In this document: one piece after another, positions 36,701 through 48,986 of the stretch
Position numbering within the stretch: position 1 is the stretch's first letter
Layout: every line of letters starts with the position of its first letter
Assembly: GCA_000708835.1 (NCBI GenBank)
Contig: DF237332.1
Span: 1-64,000, forward strand
Length of the DNA stretch: 64,000 bases
Origin: Klebsormidium nitens
Taxonomy: Eukaryota; Plantae; Klebsormidiophyceae
Direction: 5' to 3'
The notes under the pieces: generated by a model
What the model was told of the DNA's origin: nothing
Database searches by the model: none
The model's input: only the letters and a program-made list of their open reading frames with translations
Program-made: the position numbers and the translations under genes

Positions 36701-39700
36701 CGCGCCCCCACTAAGGAGGCCGCCCCTGCGCCCCCCGCCAAGCTCGCGGAGGCAGCCCCCAAGGCCCCGGTGCAGCAGTCGTTCCCCGCGCCTCCGCCCA
36801 ACGTCGCGGGCGCCGCCTCGATCTCAATCGCCGTGCAGTCGGCCGCGAGCATGCTCGCGCCTGCCTTGCAGGCTGCCGCAGCTACCCAGGTCAAGAAGCT
36901 GCGTAACCTCCGTGGGGGTGTCCCTATGATCGCCCCCCGGTCCCCAATCGACTGCCCCGCGATCAAGGTCACCAAGACGCTCGTGCCGGCGAGGGACGCG
37001 GCCGCGAGCAAGACGACCATGCTGTCGTCGGCGGCGAGCTCGTTCGCGCCCGTCGCGGCGGCTGTTTTGGCGCCGAGCAAGCCGGCGGCGAACAACAAGC
37101 TCATGGGGCTGTCGGCGTTCCCCGACATGCAGAAGCTGCGGGGGGGCGACTTCGCCGGGCCTGCGGGCGCGGCAGCGGCGCGCAACGTGTCCATTGTCTG
37201 GTTCAGGTGAGTCTTTGTCCGATTTGCTTGCAACTCAGCAGCCCCCTGGGCTCCCAGAGCGACAGCATGCATTGAAAGCCTGAGTACCTTTATGAGAGGG
37301 GTGCACCAGTTGGTGTATGAAATGGATTGCTCTTATACATAAGAAGAGCAAAGTTCCTACGGGTTATGGATCTTTGTCAATCAGAAACCCTAATCGAAAC
37401 TACTTCGGAAATCTGGTCAGGAGTATTCCTGATGAAGTCTACTCTCCTTTGACTACACTTTCGTGAATGAACTGTTTGTTGGCTCCATTTCAAAGACCAG
37501 GGCTTTGCATTCGATCTCAAACAGGCTTGACTACTCAGCTTCAATTGACCTTAGCGCTTTCCGCTTAAGTCCGCTACCCATTCTACGTAGACCTCTACAC
37601 ACACCATTGGTCTTCCAATCACAAGTTTCTCTAGTGATTGCAAGCCTTGAAACTTGGCATGTGTCAAATCAGACGCCAATGCGATTTCAAGCTTTCAACT
37701 TTTGCTTGTGCCGTTTTACATGCTGATCAAATCTTTGTTTTTTTTGCAGGAACGACCTGCGCGTCCACGACAACGAGGCTTTGGCCATGGCTCAGCAGGC
37801 GTCGAGCTCCATCGTGCCGGTGTACTGCTTCGACCCCCGTGACTACGGCAAGTCTTCGAGCGGTTTCGACAAGACGGGGCCGTACCGGGCCAAGTTCCTC
37901 ATCGAGTGCGTCGCAGACCTGCGCAAGAACCTGCGGGAGAGGGGCAGCGAGCTGGTTGTCAGGATCGGGAAGCCGGAGGAGGTGAGGTTCATCTGCAGAC
38001 ATTGCGTGCCTCTGATGTCAGTAGCATGCCCAGTATCATCTTCGGCCTGTGGCATCGTCTCGTGAAAAGGACGCTATGACAAGTAAGGGGAAGTTGAACT
38101 TAGCGAACGGCCAACTATGATTCTCAGAGGTTTCGCCTAAGTAACAGTACTTCGAGCCCCTAAGGCCGAGGCAAGTGAGCAGGAGGCAGGGTTTTATTAA
38201 GCATATGTGCAGCCAAGTGCGGAAAGGTTTCCTCGTCCAATCAACACCTCAGTAACTGACTTTGCAGGTCCTGGCTGACCTGGCGCGCAAGACTGGCGCC
38301 AAGACGCTGTTTGCGCACCAGGAGGTGACGCACGAGGAACTGCAGTCGGAGCGCAAGGTGTGCGCGGCGCTCAAGGACGCGGGCGTGCAGGCCAAGTTCT
38401 TCTGGGGCAGCACGCTGTACCACATCGACGACCTGCCCTTCAAGCTGGAGAGCATGCCCTCCAATTACGCCGGCTTCAGGGAGCAGGTGCGAGGCTCGTC
38501 GTTTTTTTTTTTAAATGCTAAATCTATAGGACCACAGTTCCTTTGCATGTTTCGGTTTCGCTGTTCAGCTTTCTTCGGGCGTTGTTTGGTAAGAAGGTGC
38601 CTCCCAACTACGCCGCCTTCAGGGAACAGTTGCGGGGCATTGTTATGTACATTCTGCGGAGGCTCCCAGCATCTATCTGGTACTGAGTGTTCGAAGCTTC
38701 ATTGTCCTTTGCCCCTGGCTACTGACGAATCATCTTTGATGATATAATGACCGCTGCATCAGCGAGAATTTGCTACGTTTCCGAGCGTCGCACCTGCTAC
38801 GTATCTGAGCGTGTCTGGACTCTGGGGCATCGCATCCTTGTAACCTCGTGCCACTGGCACTAGCATCAAACAGCCAAGTTGTGCAGCTTAACGTTGGGTA
38901 AACGGGCCACTTTGCGATCGTGAGTCTTCTGGTTGTTCAGCCAACCCTGCAGCAATTGTGGCAACCAGCCTTACGCCCAATCTCTGTGCTCAGGTGAAGG
39001 ACCTGAAGGTGCGCAAGACCGCGGCCGCGCTCAAGACGCTCAAGGGCCTGCCGAAGCTGAGCAGCGTCGAGGTCGGGAAGGTGCCTACCCTGCAGGACCT
39101 CGGCCTAGACGCCTCAAAGTCCACCCGGCATGTAAGCGAAGTCACTCGCTTTGGCTCCTTTCATTGAGACGGATCTCAATCACTGTCATTGGAATTTCTG
39201 AGCAACCGAGGTCGTCGGTTGGGTGGGTGTCATGGGGAAAATGTCCCCAAGTCAAGGAAACGACTGAGCACTGAAGAGCACTGAAGCATTGAAGAGCTAT
39301 CGCAAGTAGGTGCGTTTGTTGTCTGGAGGCGTCCTTGTGGAGTATTTCTTGCTCCGCACTCTTCGGTGCATGCATTTATAGTTCATCAGAACCTTGGGGC
39401 TGGGTATGTGGTAGGTTGAGATCTTTACTTTTGATGCGCTGCATGATGTCATTCAAAAAGGGTCGTCCCTAACTTTTAACTTCAATCTGTACAGGAGACT
39501 GGAGCCCAGGCCCTGATTGGAGGAGAGTCGGAGGCCCTCGACAGGCTTAAGAGCTTTGTAGCGGATGCAACCGGTGAGTTTCTGAAGTAGCTGCCCGCCT
39601 CTTCCTTTCAGGAAATGAGGGGTGATATCTGCACTCTGGCAAAGGAGCTGTCTTCAAATAATTGCTTTTGGAATCAATCTGGCTCCCCTGGAGTGAAAGA

Positions 39701-40523
39701 TTGCGCAGCATCCGTCTTCGCTTGAAGAAACCCTCTGGAGGAGAAACTGTTCGAGCTCCTTCTATGTTTGTTCTGCTGTCGTCGGCAAAAGTCAATCTTG
39801 TGACCTCACGTTTGTCCAACTACCTCTTTATGTCTTGACGATTTGTCCTGATCCGTCTTAAGTCGTCCTCGTTTTTGCAAGCATTCTCGAAAGCTGCCGT
39901 TCCGTCGCACGAGTTGTATCTGATCCAGTCCCGGTCTTTTCTCCTTGCAGCCGGCGCCAAGAAGGCCGCCGACAACCTGAACGGCGCCAACTTCTCGTGC
40001 AAGATCTCGCCCTGGCTGGCGATGGGCTGCCTGTCTCCCCGCCGCATGTATGAGGACCTGGCCGCCAGCGGGGGCGCCCGGGCCATCACCGCCACGGCGC
40101 AAAAGTCGCCCTCGGAGGATGCGAACGGCCTCAGCTGGCTGACGTTCGAGCTGCTGTGGAGGGACTTCTTCAGGTAGGGGCGCTTATCTGAGTGGCCGAC
40201 CGCTTGGAACGGCTCGATCTGTCGTTAATAGACTCGGGGATCTCCTTTTTAAGGAGCTGTCGTTTCAGAAGATGTCTTTAGAGCTCTCGTTCATCAGCTT
40301 GCTTCACTCTGCTAACCAAATTCTATTTGCAAGGGGGGGCAGAGTAGGTTAGTTGAAGCATGTGATGGCGTGCGAGTCTCGCCCCTTTCTGATGCAAACT
40401 AAAACTGGCTTCTGACATGTAAGTCGGATTCTGCCCAGGTTCATCACCAAGAAGTATGGCACTGCCAACAAGAGTGCAAGCACCGCAGCATCCCCCGCTT
40501 CCGCTATGGCTGTCGCTGTCTAG
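33730..40523 (+). CDS. PHR2: Photolyase-like PHR2 with an N-terminal Toc34/AIG1-type GTPase-like domain (740 aa)
   Basis: Exons 33730-33873, 34939-35211, 35551-35709, 36030-36188, 36695-37206, 37750-37981, 38268-38486, 38994-39131, 39495-39573, 39951-40173 and 40439-40523 (2223 nt, phases match). PHR2 signatures SIVWFRNDLRVHDNEAL, PVYCFDPRDYGKSSSGFDKTGPYRA, WGSTLYH, GANFSCKISPWLAMG and ELLWRDFFRFITKKY. N-terminal P-loop VLVVGPAGAGKSSTVNAVFG. Confidence 0.9.
38598..38638 (+). repeat. Decayed intronic copy of the PHR2 exon-7 end and donor
   Basis: tgcctcccaactacgccgccttcagggaacagttgcggggc resembles tgccctccaattacgccggcttcagggagcaggtgcgaggc at ~38455-38495; the copy reads cag-ttgcg where the original reads cag-gtgcg. 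Confidence 0.7.
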
Positions 40524-42202
40524 AGGTATAAGCTATTGCGCCTCGAGAGGAACGGAGGAGAGGAAGTGTGTAGGTTCAATATTGCCTGCTGAGCCAGACC
40601 TGTCGCTGTCGATCGTCAGTAGGTGTCTCGGGCAAGGCCAAGAGCTGGCGGCTGGTAGTTAGATCGAGCAGGCCTCTGTACAGTGACTCAAGATCTGCTG
40701 GCCCATTAGGCCGCCACTGAATTGTCAAGACCTCGAGGGAATGCACAAAGAGTCATCGGTTTACTCTCTTGCTGTTGGAAGCGATTCGCAGCCCTCATAT
40801 CTCTTGCAGCAGAAGCCCGACGGCGAGCCTGACGTACGCTGCTATGGGATTGTCCGTGTAAATACGTGACGCATCTTCTTTAGTTATGCATGTCACTGGC
40901 CCGCAAAGTCATGTCACATCCGAGTGACCATCACGGTTTCATGAACCAACGGATTCAATTAATTGAGTAGTGATGTCCTTTAGTTGGTCTATATTCGCAC
41001 GCAAGATACAATGACCACCGTGGGCAGAGTTTGAGTCTGATGCCAGGCATGACAGCAGCTTCTGTGCACACGTAAGTTCATGCATGGTCAATTAGACGGC
41101 AATTGTCAATTAATGCATGATGCGCACCTTCAAGCACAACGTACAACAACTTTTACTCGATCCTCGGAATTATGTCGCGATGAACACAATGATCGCAATA
41201 TTACCAGCCGGGAGCGCACTAATGCAGCCGGTGCATACACATATATGTGAGACGTGTACCTGATTGCGACAGGAGCTAGGTTGCATCAACAATGATGATG
41301 TGCGGTATAGCTAGTGACAGTCAGTGACTGAGATGATGGTACGATCATGTACCGTCATCACAGTCGACTGCATGTGACTGTGATGACTGCACAAGCTGAA
41401 CATACACAGCTTAGTGCTACAAAGTAGATAGATGTAGAACCTTATAATGAATTGATGTTGTTGTTGTTGCTAGCCTGGAATCAAACGCTTGATCGTTAGG
41501 TGAGGACCCGTAGATAAATCCGTCCATCACAAAATGTACACGTCTTCTTTGCCCTCTGGGCTATACCGAAAGAAACCATCACTGCATGTGGCCACATTCG
41601 GCCGTCTCATGTTTGAGCTTCGATCAATAAAACCTCAGTTGTAATCGTCCGGCATGAGACAAAGTAACCTTGCATGATGGTTGGCCGTGTCCAATTCAGA
41701 TACATAGGCCGCCTCAGCTACATTCAACGATATCTGCCAGCATGCATGCAATCCCGGGCCTGTGATCGAGCTACTAATACGTAAAGGCATTGCAACCGGC
41801 GCGTGCATTGCATGCGTGATAAGTAATTTGTCCTGATTAACTCAGATATATGCGGTAGATATATACGATCTTGCCACCGACAGTCGTCCTGCTCATTAGT
41901 AACAACAATGTACGTTTGCTGCAGATAGCATGGTCGTCGAACTCGCACCGGCCTCATCTGCCGGGTACATGGATCCATAATCATCTCTGCAGGTTGCCAT
42001 TGCTATAGATGAAGCTAGGACTCCATCGAAAGCTTGCAGAAGTGATAGTTTATGGGATCTGTCACTGAAGTATCCTGAATATTTGCGAATCACGCGAACC
42101 CTTCCTCCTCGATGTTGAGCAACAGCTATCGTTAACATTGATGACATTCTCCTGAGTAAGCCCGTAAGTTCACGGAAAATCCCAAGGAGCTCCACATCAA
42201 TT

Positions 42203-45200
42203 TCACGGTGCCACCGAAACCAGGAGCTTCGCCCTATCTTCGAGTGTCTTGATGCTTGCTTTGATCGCGTCTCTCTGTCTCGTCGTCTTCGCATCTTCCT
42301 GCAGTTGTCGATTATGACAATATCAGGTGCTTATTGGATGCTTGGTCTACCTCAAACGCAAAGTCTCTGTCTTTTGAAATACAACAAAAACAAGCAGAAG
42401 CTTAATGACTTCGCACTCCAACAAGAGCTCTAAGATAAAAACCACAGCAACGAATCGCCCACGATTCGATGACGAACTCTGAGAGTCAAATTGCATATCA
42501 AAAATTCAACATTACCGTCAACATTAAGTGATACTGTATCCGCTGAGACGCAGTGATTTGTCACCGACGATCAATTGTTTGGAGCTGAATCTTAAGCACA
42601 AGACGTAACCCTTCAGCTGTCACATATTGTCAACCTGAACCACGGTAGTCTGGCAGCAGCTGTTGGCCAAGCTGTTTTTTGAGACCCACCTTCATGAGGT
42701 TCAGCAAGCCCGGGCCGTCGGCGCCCAGGTTCTGCCTCAGCACCTTGTCCATGTCGCCCAAGAGAGCCTGAAACAGCGTTTTGACAGTGTTTGTCACCGC
42801 CCTGGGATTAAACAGCTTGACGAGCGCTTCGACAGCGACAGCACAACAGTAAACAGCGCCATGTTTTGACATTGAAGAGACTATTTGTGATTTTAATGCT
42901 CAATGGACCGAATGAGAATCTTGAAAGTGTTTGCCAAAGCGTATTAGCACCATTAAGCTTTCAGGGCGAGCTCGCAACAGAATGAGCGGCGTACCTGATA
43001 CAAACATCCCCTCGGAGAACGGATCCAGCGTTTGTAAAGCAAGACAAAAGAGCAGCTGACAAGACTAGATTTGCGGTTCGATGTTTCACCTCCTCCATTC
43101 AGAAACGGAGCTCTTTCGGAATAATGTCGATGAGGATCTTATGGATCACTTTCCAGTATGCGTACACGCTTATCTGCGAAAGGGGTAATAAAAGGTCAGG
43201 GGACTTCGCAAATCAATAAAAATGGTGGTGCTACCGCGTCTCTGAGGTAGCTCTGGCTGCTTTCGGAACAGCATACCCATTGTGGATCTGATATTCCGTA
43301 GATGCTTTCCAACATGACCCGGTTCCGAAGGTCAGGGGACATACTCGAGACGCGGCAGCAAGAAGTACAATGCAATCTGATCGCCATTTGAACACTGAGG
43401 CGCCGCTTACCCTGAAATCTGTCTTTACCTGCATGACTTGGAGGGCTTGTGACGCGTTGTCAACCAATGGAGCCTTGAGGAAGCCTTCAGGTGCGTCCTC
43501 AAGGGATGCAGGAAGCTGAATAGCGTGCCCGTGTCCACAGCGCACTGTGCCATTATATGATGTCGGCCAGTTTCTTGCGTCGTGCCCGTGCGCACATTGG
43601 AGGTCCTTGCACTCATCCAACCCCTTCGTCAGGCTGCTCACAGTGTCCATGTAGTAGTGGTTGAACGTGCACACTATGGCCTGACTCTTCTCCAGTTCCC
43701 TTTCGATGAACTTGTAGGCAGTCTGTTGGGAAGCGCCGAGTCTCTGCGAGCACATTCACAAAGAGTAACGTTGCTTTTGTGATTTTCTCAAAATGATCAA
43801 ACGTTGTGCCGATGAGGTTTTCTTCGTCGAGCTGATGTCTGTACAGCATTAACGTACCCACCGTTGAGCATGAAACGCTGAAGGATCCGGTTCTTTGCTG
43901 GTCGTGGTAAAGCGCTTGCAGCAAGCAGAAGAACAACGAAAGTACAGTTACCAAAACATGCTGTGAGAGCGTCACAAATTGTTTCACAATCTGGTTATCA
44001 TATTTGTTTGTTGACTGACCTGTCCAGCCGTTTCTTTCATGGTCGTGGCCAAACCTGGCAACGACGCCGCACAGATGTCGATGACCTCGTCAGATACCCG
44101 CAAGGTATACTCCACAACTTTCTCGAGAACTTCGAAACAGACGGGCTTGCACTTCTCCACCTCCTCGTGCAGGAGCTGTAAAGAAGAGAAAAAGGCCCAC
44201 TGATCAAGAAGTCGACAAATGGTTTCTGTAACACAATTTGATTACTCAACCGACTGCGCAGTATTTGCGCGGTGCCTTTCACGGCATCAACCAGAGTCTT
44301 GCCACACGTGGCAACATCTAGCTCCAACGGATGCATCCTGCTTTTAATTTCAGACATTCTGCCAGCTATGGTTAAAGATTTGGCAACGTCATGAAAGATG
44401 ATAACACGGTATGTTCTGAAGAGGGGATTGAAATCTAGCAATCGTGCATAGAGTCCTCTCAACGAGCGGGAAGCCTATTCCAGTAAGAAAGTTCCAAAAC
44501 GAATCTTGTTTTCAATAGCTTAGAAAGACTGAAGTGCTTGCCGACCTGTTTGAAGACCGAGTGAGACAGGAAGTTCGCCACTGCGAATCCCACCGTGGCT
44601 GTCTTGACCCTGTTCCTGAACCCCTCTGAGAAAAACTTGGAGGTAGCCCCTCGAAGAGTCTCCTCAAGATCCTCGAATAGCGAGTTGAGCTTCGAGGGAT
44701 AGAGCATCTCCTCGTCGTCATAAAATTCAACGTGCCTGTCACCCCTCAGCATGAGGCCCTCCATGATTCGGGTCCTTTCGCTCGTGATCCGCAGAAACTC
44801 CATCATGGCTTCCGCCTCAGTCACAACGCTTGGTGGAAGCCTCTGAAGGGCGCTCTGTTTCTCCGTAAGCTTGTTCTGGAGAATGCAAGGGGTTTCAGCG
44901 ATGTTACTCATAATGTTCAGTCAATTCGAGAACAGGAGAGTTGAGAAAGCAGAAGTCGTCACATCCTGTCGCTCTCCTAAGCTTTGGAGGGTTCCGCGTT
45001 CGCACTATTGACAGAAGGGGATTGAGAATTAAAACTGACTAAAGTTGTCTGTAGACCTGCGTGGATTCCAAGGTTCCAGAATCAAGCCAGCTGCCATTGG
45101 AATTCTTGGCGTTAAACATAGATAAATCTTTCAGTACTTTTCATAGTTGACAGAGACGTCGGTTCTACGATTATAACTTTTCTGGCTAGAGTATTCCGTT

Positions 45201-46703
45201 CATGAGTAAACGACCCCATTCCATTCGAACACAGACTAAGATAAGCCGAAGACAAAAGTCCACGGTTTCTTTCAACCGCGTAATCTACCTATACATGCAA
45301 GTCGGTCAAAGAGGTCGAAGGTATACCAATGAAGTCGCGAAGAACGTTCTTGCTGCAAAGAAATCAAAGAGTGAACGAGAGAAGCGGTTGTTTTCTCACG
45401 TGAAGCTGTGAGCGGATCTTTGGGAGGCTCCCGTTGATTCGCTTCCCTTGGATTGCGGTCAGGATTCTTCCAAGCGCTTCTCATCCCAACATGTCAGCAT
45501 CAAGCGTCCTCAGCTTCGGATGCGAGAAGAGCAGGTCGCTCTCATACTTGGCAGCAGAGTCCTTCGGCAAGGAAGTCACATCATCTGTTGCACGGTTGCA
45601 TACCAGCACGTACCCTAGACCCACATTGACGTCATTAGCCAGGACCTGCAGAAGGGTTGAGGGGTCAGCAAAATGAATATTTTATGTTTCCTTGCTTAAT
45701 CGTCAACTTTAGAAAAGGGAAACGTGTGTCTATCATCGGGGATTCTGATTTGCTGGACGATTGGAAGAAAAAAGCAAATGTTGGACGACGAAATTCTTCC
45801 GTCCTCTATTGGAGAGTTTCATTTCAAAGTGCAATATGGAAGATGTGGAAGTAGATTATTAAGATGATCAATTCTAACAGAATGAAAACGGGCTCTAAAA
45901 TCCTCTTAGATGTGACCCGAATGTGATCATGATCATATATATCGGTTGCAGAGGATGCGTGGACAGCGTTTATAGACATGGCCCAGGCATGGTTTTGCAC
46001 AGACACTAATTCTGGCGGTACTGTGATGATGATGGCTTACCTTCTCGTATGCGCCGTCTGGCTCCCTGTCAACTTTGGTCACCACCGCCAGAGTCCGGGA
46101 GCCTTCTTGATCGACTTCCTTGGACAAGTTGAAGGACTCGCAGGTGGCCCAATCAACTTCAGCCGAGATGACGTTTAGGATTACCGTCTCTTCCGGCTTG
46201 ATCTGCTCTCTTATCATGTTCACAACCTGCTGGTAAATGTCCTGCGGCTGGCCCTTGATTGGGACTCTCGTGATACCTGGCAGGTCCACAAGAGTGAGAT
46301 CTGGGAGGTCGGGTCCACAGACACTCAAGTTGATAGGCTTAGGACAAACGCCCTTCTCATCACCGGCCAGGATCCGGGTCGCTTCTCTCACCGCTTCTTC
46401 CACTTCCTCATGCATTATATTCTTCTTCTCGCTCCCGTACTCAATCAAGATGTCCAGTTCTTCTGTAGACTCGCTGCTTTTGATTCTCATGACCAATGGG
46501 ACCCGCGTCACTATTCCCTTTCCTCGTGGCAGAGAGACTCCCGACAGCCGCTCAATCACAGAGCTTTTCCCACTTGACTGATCCCCGATGACCACGATGG
46601 TAGGCAGCTTGATGCCTTCATCGGCCACGCCAATCTTCCTGAGGGTGTCTATTGTGTCTAGAAGAGGGCGCATGGTCTTCTCATAGACCTGCGTGAGCGC
46701 CAT
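42203..46703 (-). pseudogene. DRP4: Mx/DRP4-like dynamin-superfamily GTPase (655 codons) with two in-frame TGA codons
   Basis: Exons 46703-46041, 45645-45400, 44875-44546, 44175-44020, 43743-43429, 43173-43090, 42767-42690 and 42298-42203 (all phase 0). G1 GDQSSGKSS, G2 GIVTRVPL, G3 DLPG, G4 TKVD. DRP4-like DLPGITRVP and NDVNVGLGYV. GED-like AYWKVIHKILID. TGA at 45481-45483 and 43099-43101. Confidence 0.88.
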
Positions 46704-48986
46704 GACGCCAGGATCTGACAAGCAGAGAGGCTACTTCCGTTGAGATCGCTAATCGCTTTGTGTCGATTTGTAAAAGCTACGTCTGGTAGAAAAGAAGACG
46801 CTAGGCTTCTGAATCACTTCAATCTCCAGTCTATTATCGCAAGACGTCAAACATCCACTCCAAGCCTTCCTCTTTCCTGACCTTCAGATGATTGAATGTG
46901 AAAAGCAAATGAAGATGCCCCTGCCTGACTGTAGGAAGGTACTAGAGTACAATCTCTGTAAAGGCTAGCAAAAGACAAATGGATATGGATGGCGGATGAG
47001 TGATGGATATTAAAAGTACCAGAAATTGAGGTACGTATGCAATAGCCCTCCCGTTTATTGCGGTTGCCGCAATTGTGACGGTCGATGAACCTTTGACGTG
47101 ACCGACATCGCCGGACGTTCATGTTTTGAACGCCGTTGTACCAAACACTGATATTCCGGAGGACAAACATTTTCCCTCGTCTTTCGATACCTTTGTCCTA
47201 TCCCGCTTTGTATTTGTTCTGACAAGTATCCCGCCTCAGTGAGTTGCTACACCCGAGCATTTCAGTGGCCTGTCAAGAAAGAGCTGCATTTGGAGCTGAT
47301 TTGAGGAACATTCTGGGGTGTGTCGAAGGGGAGGTGGCAAGCGCAGCGACGTTCGTCGGTGTGGACACGGCGTTATTTTGTTGCGACGGTCACGTCCTGC
47401 GGCAAGATAGGTGAATCTTGTTTACTCGTGGCTTGTAGTATAGTACATCGATCAGCACAGGTGTCGGAAGATACATTTGGCCTCCAACCAAGTTTGATGA
47501 GCGCATATATTGATTTCCGCCCTATGCTTTGTTCGCTTGACGCGCCGGTCCGGAAAGGGCGACAGCATGGAGAGTGTGGGAGTGGGCCAGGTTTCCAATG
47601 TATCCAGACAGACTCCAGTATAAGACTCCTTGATTACTTAGCGCTGACATGAAACTGATATTGGTATGATAGCGAGAATGTTACGTCTATTCTGCCTTTT
47701 TGTGAAGAGACGGTGACTTCACCATCTCTTGAGCACCTTCCTTAGTATGGACGGAATCGCAGGGGCGCCCAAACAGAGGGCCACTCTCATGCCATGATCA
47801 TAGTCTTGTGTACGACTCATTGGTGCTTCAGTAGGGACACGTGTGCCATGGAAGTTTAGCGGTCACGCAGACGACAACTTCTATTTTTTGCCCCACATTA
47901 TTATGGCACTATCATAGGCCATGTTCCACAGTATCCGGAAGTAGAGGCATGGAAGCTAGGTAAACAGCACAAGCGGCCACTGAAAAGCAGGCATGATGCA
48001 AATACGAAACCACGATCGTCGATAACAAACTTTGAAGCAGGGCTGCTCATGATCGATGAAGACGATGAGGTCGTTTGAGAAATGATGAAACGACGCGCAG
48101 GACTTCAATGAGGGCACATGTTTAGAAGAGCTAGCACTTTTCTAGCAGCAACCTGATTCTATATAAGGGAGCGTTTCGAAAGTAAAATTCTAAGTGCACA
48201 GTCTTATGCATGCTCTTGATCAACCTCAAGCTGCTTCAGAGCTTTCTCGGGTCTCTCATATGTACAGCAACTTGTCTACAACACGTGGCCCGACTCTGCA
48301 GTAGACGGACTTCAATAGACCTGGCAAATTGGTAGGGCCCCGACCAGAGGACTCAACCTGGGCCGATGAAACACGACTCCAAAATCATATTCTCGAAGAT
48401 GTTCGACAGAAATTGATCTTGTCAATCCGCATCTGGTTGTCTGGGGAAACACTGCTACGATTCTGTACGACACAACACGTTTTAGTCCTATAGACAGCCA
48501 GATCAGGACAGAGTAGCGGCCTCTTACAGTCCTTCTGCTCGAGGAGCTCTCGTCACCACTACTGATCACCAAAAACAAGACATAAGTATGCTTGTCGAAG
48601 TGAAGCTGTTAACTTGCCGTCCCTGGTGGAGCCGGCGAGCCTTTGCCCCCGGGCTTTTTCTCAACATCTGCAGGGAAAAGCTTTGGAGATGTTTTAACGA
48701 CTCGCAACTCTCAATGCAGGGTCCAACTGGAATCAGATTCACTGAAGAACAACTTTTTAGGCTAGGACTAGAGCCGGAGCATGCAGCCTTGCTTGCATGT
48801 AATGAAGAATCTCGGAGGTGGGCCCGAGGATTGAGGAGGCCAAATCATGGACCCTATTTTTCACGCATATCGATCACCAAAAGACGGACACCTGGTGGGA
48901 AACAATCTTGCAGGCCAGTCACGAAGTACAAAAGCCGCAAGCCTGAACCGCTTGGTGCGCCTGTAAAGCCCTTGTTTCCCCGAATA

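Noticed and set aside
45481-45483. Selenocysteine decoding of the Mx-like TGA codons
   Set aside because: The aligned positions are not Cys in dynamin/DRP4 proteins as I recall them, and no SECIS could be identified by eye
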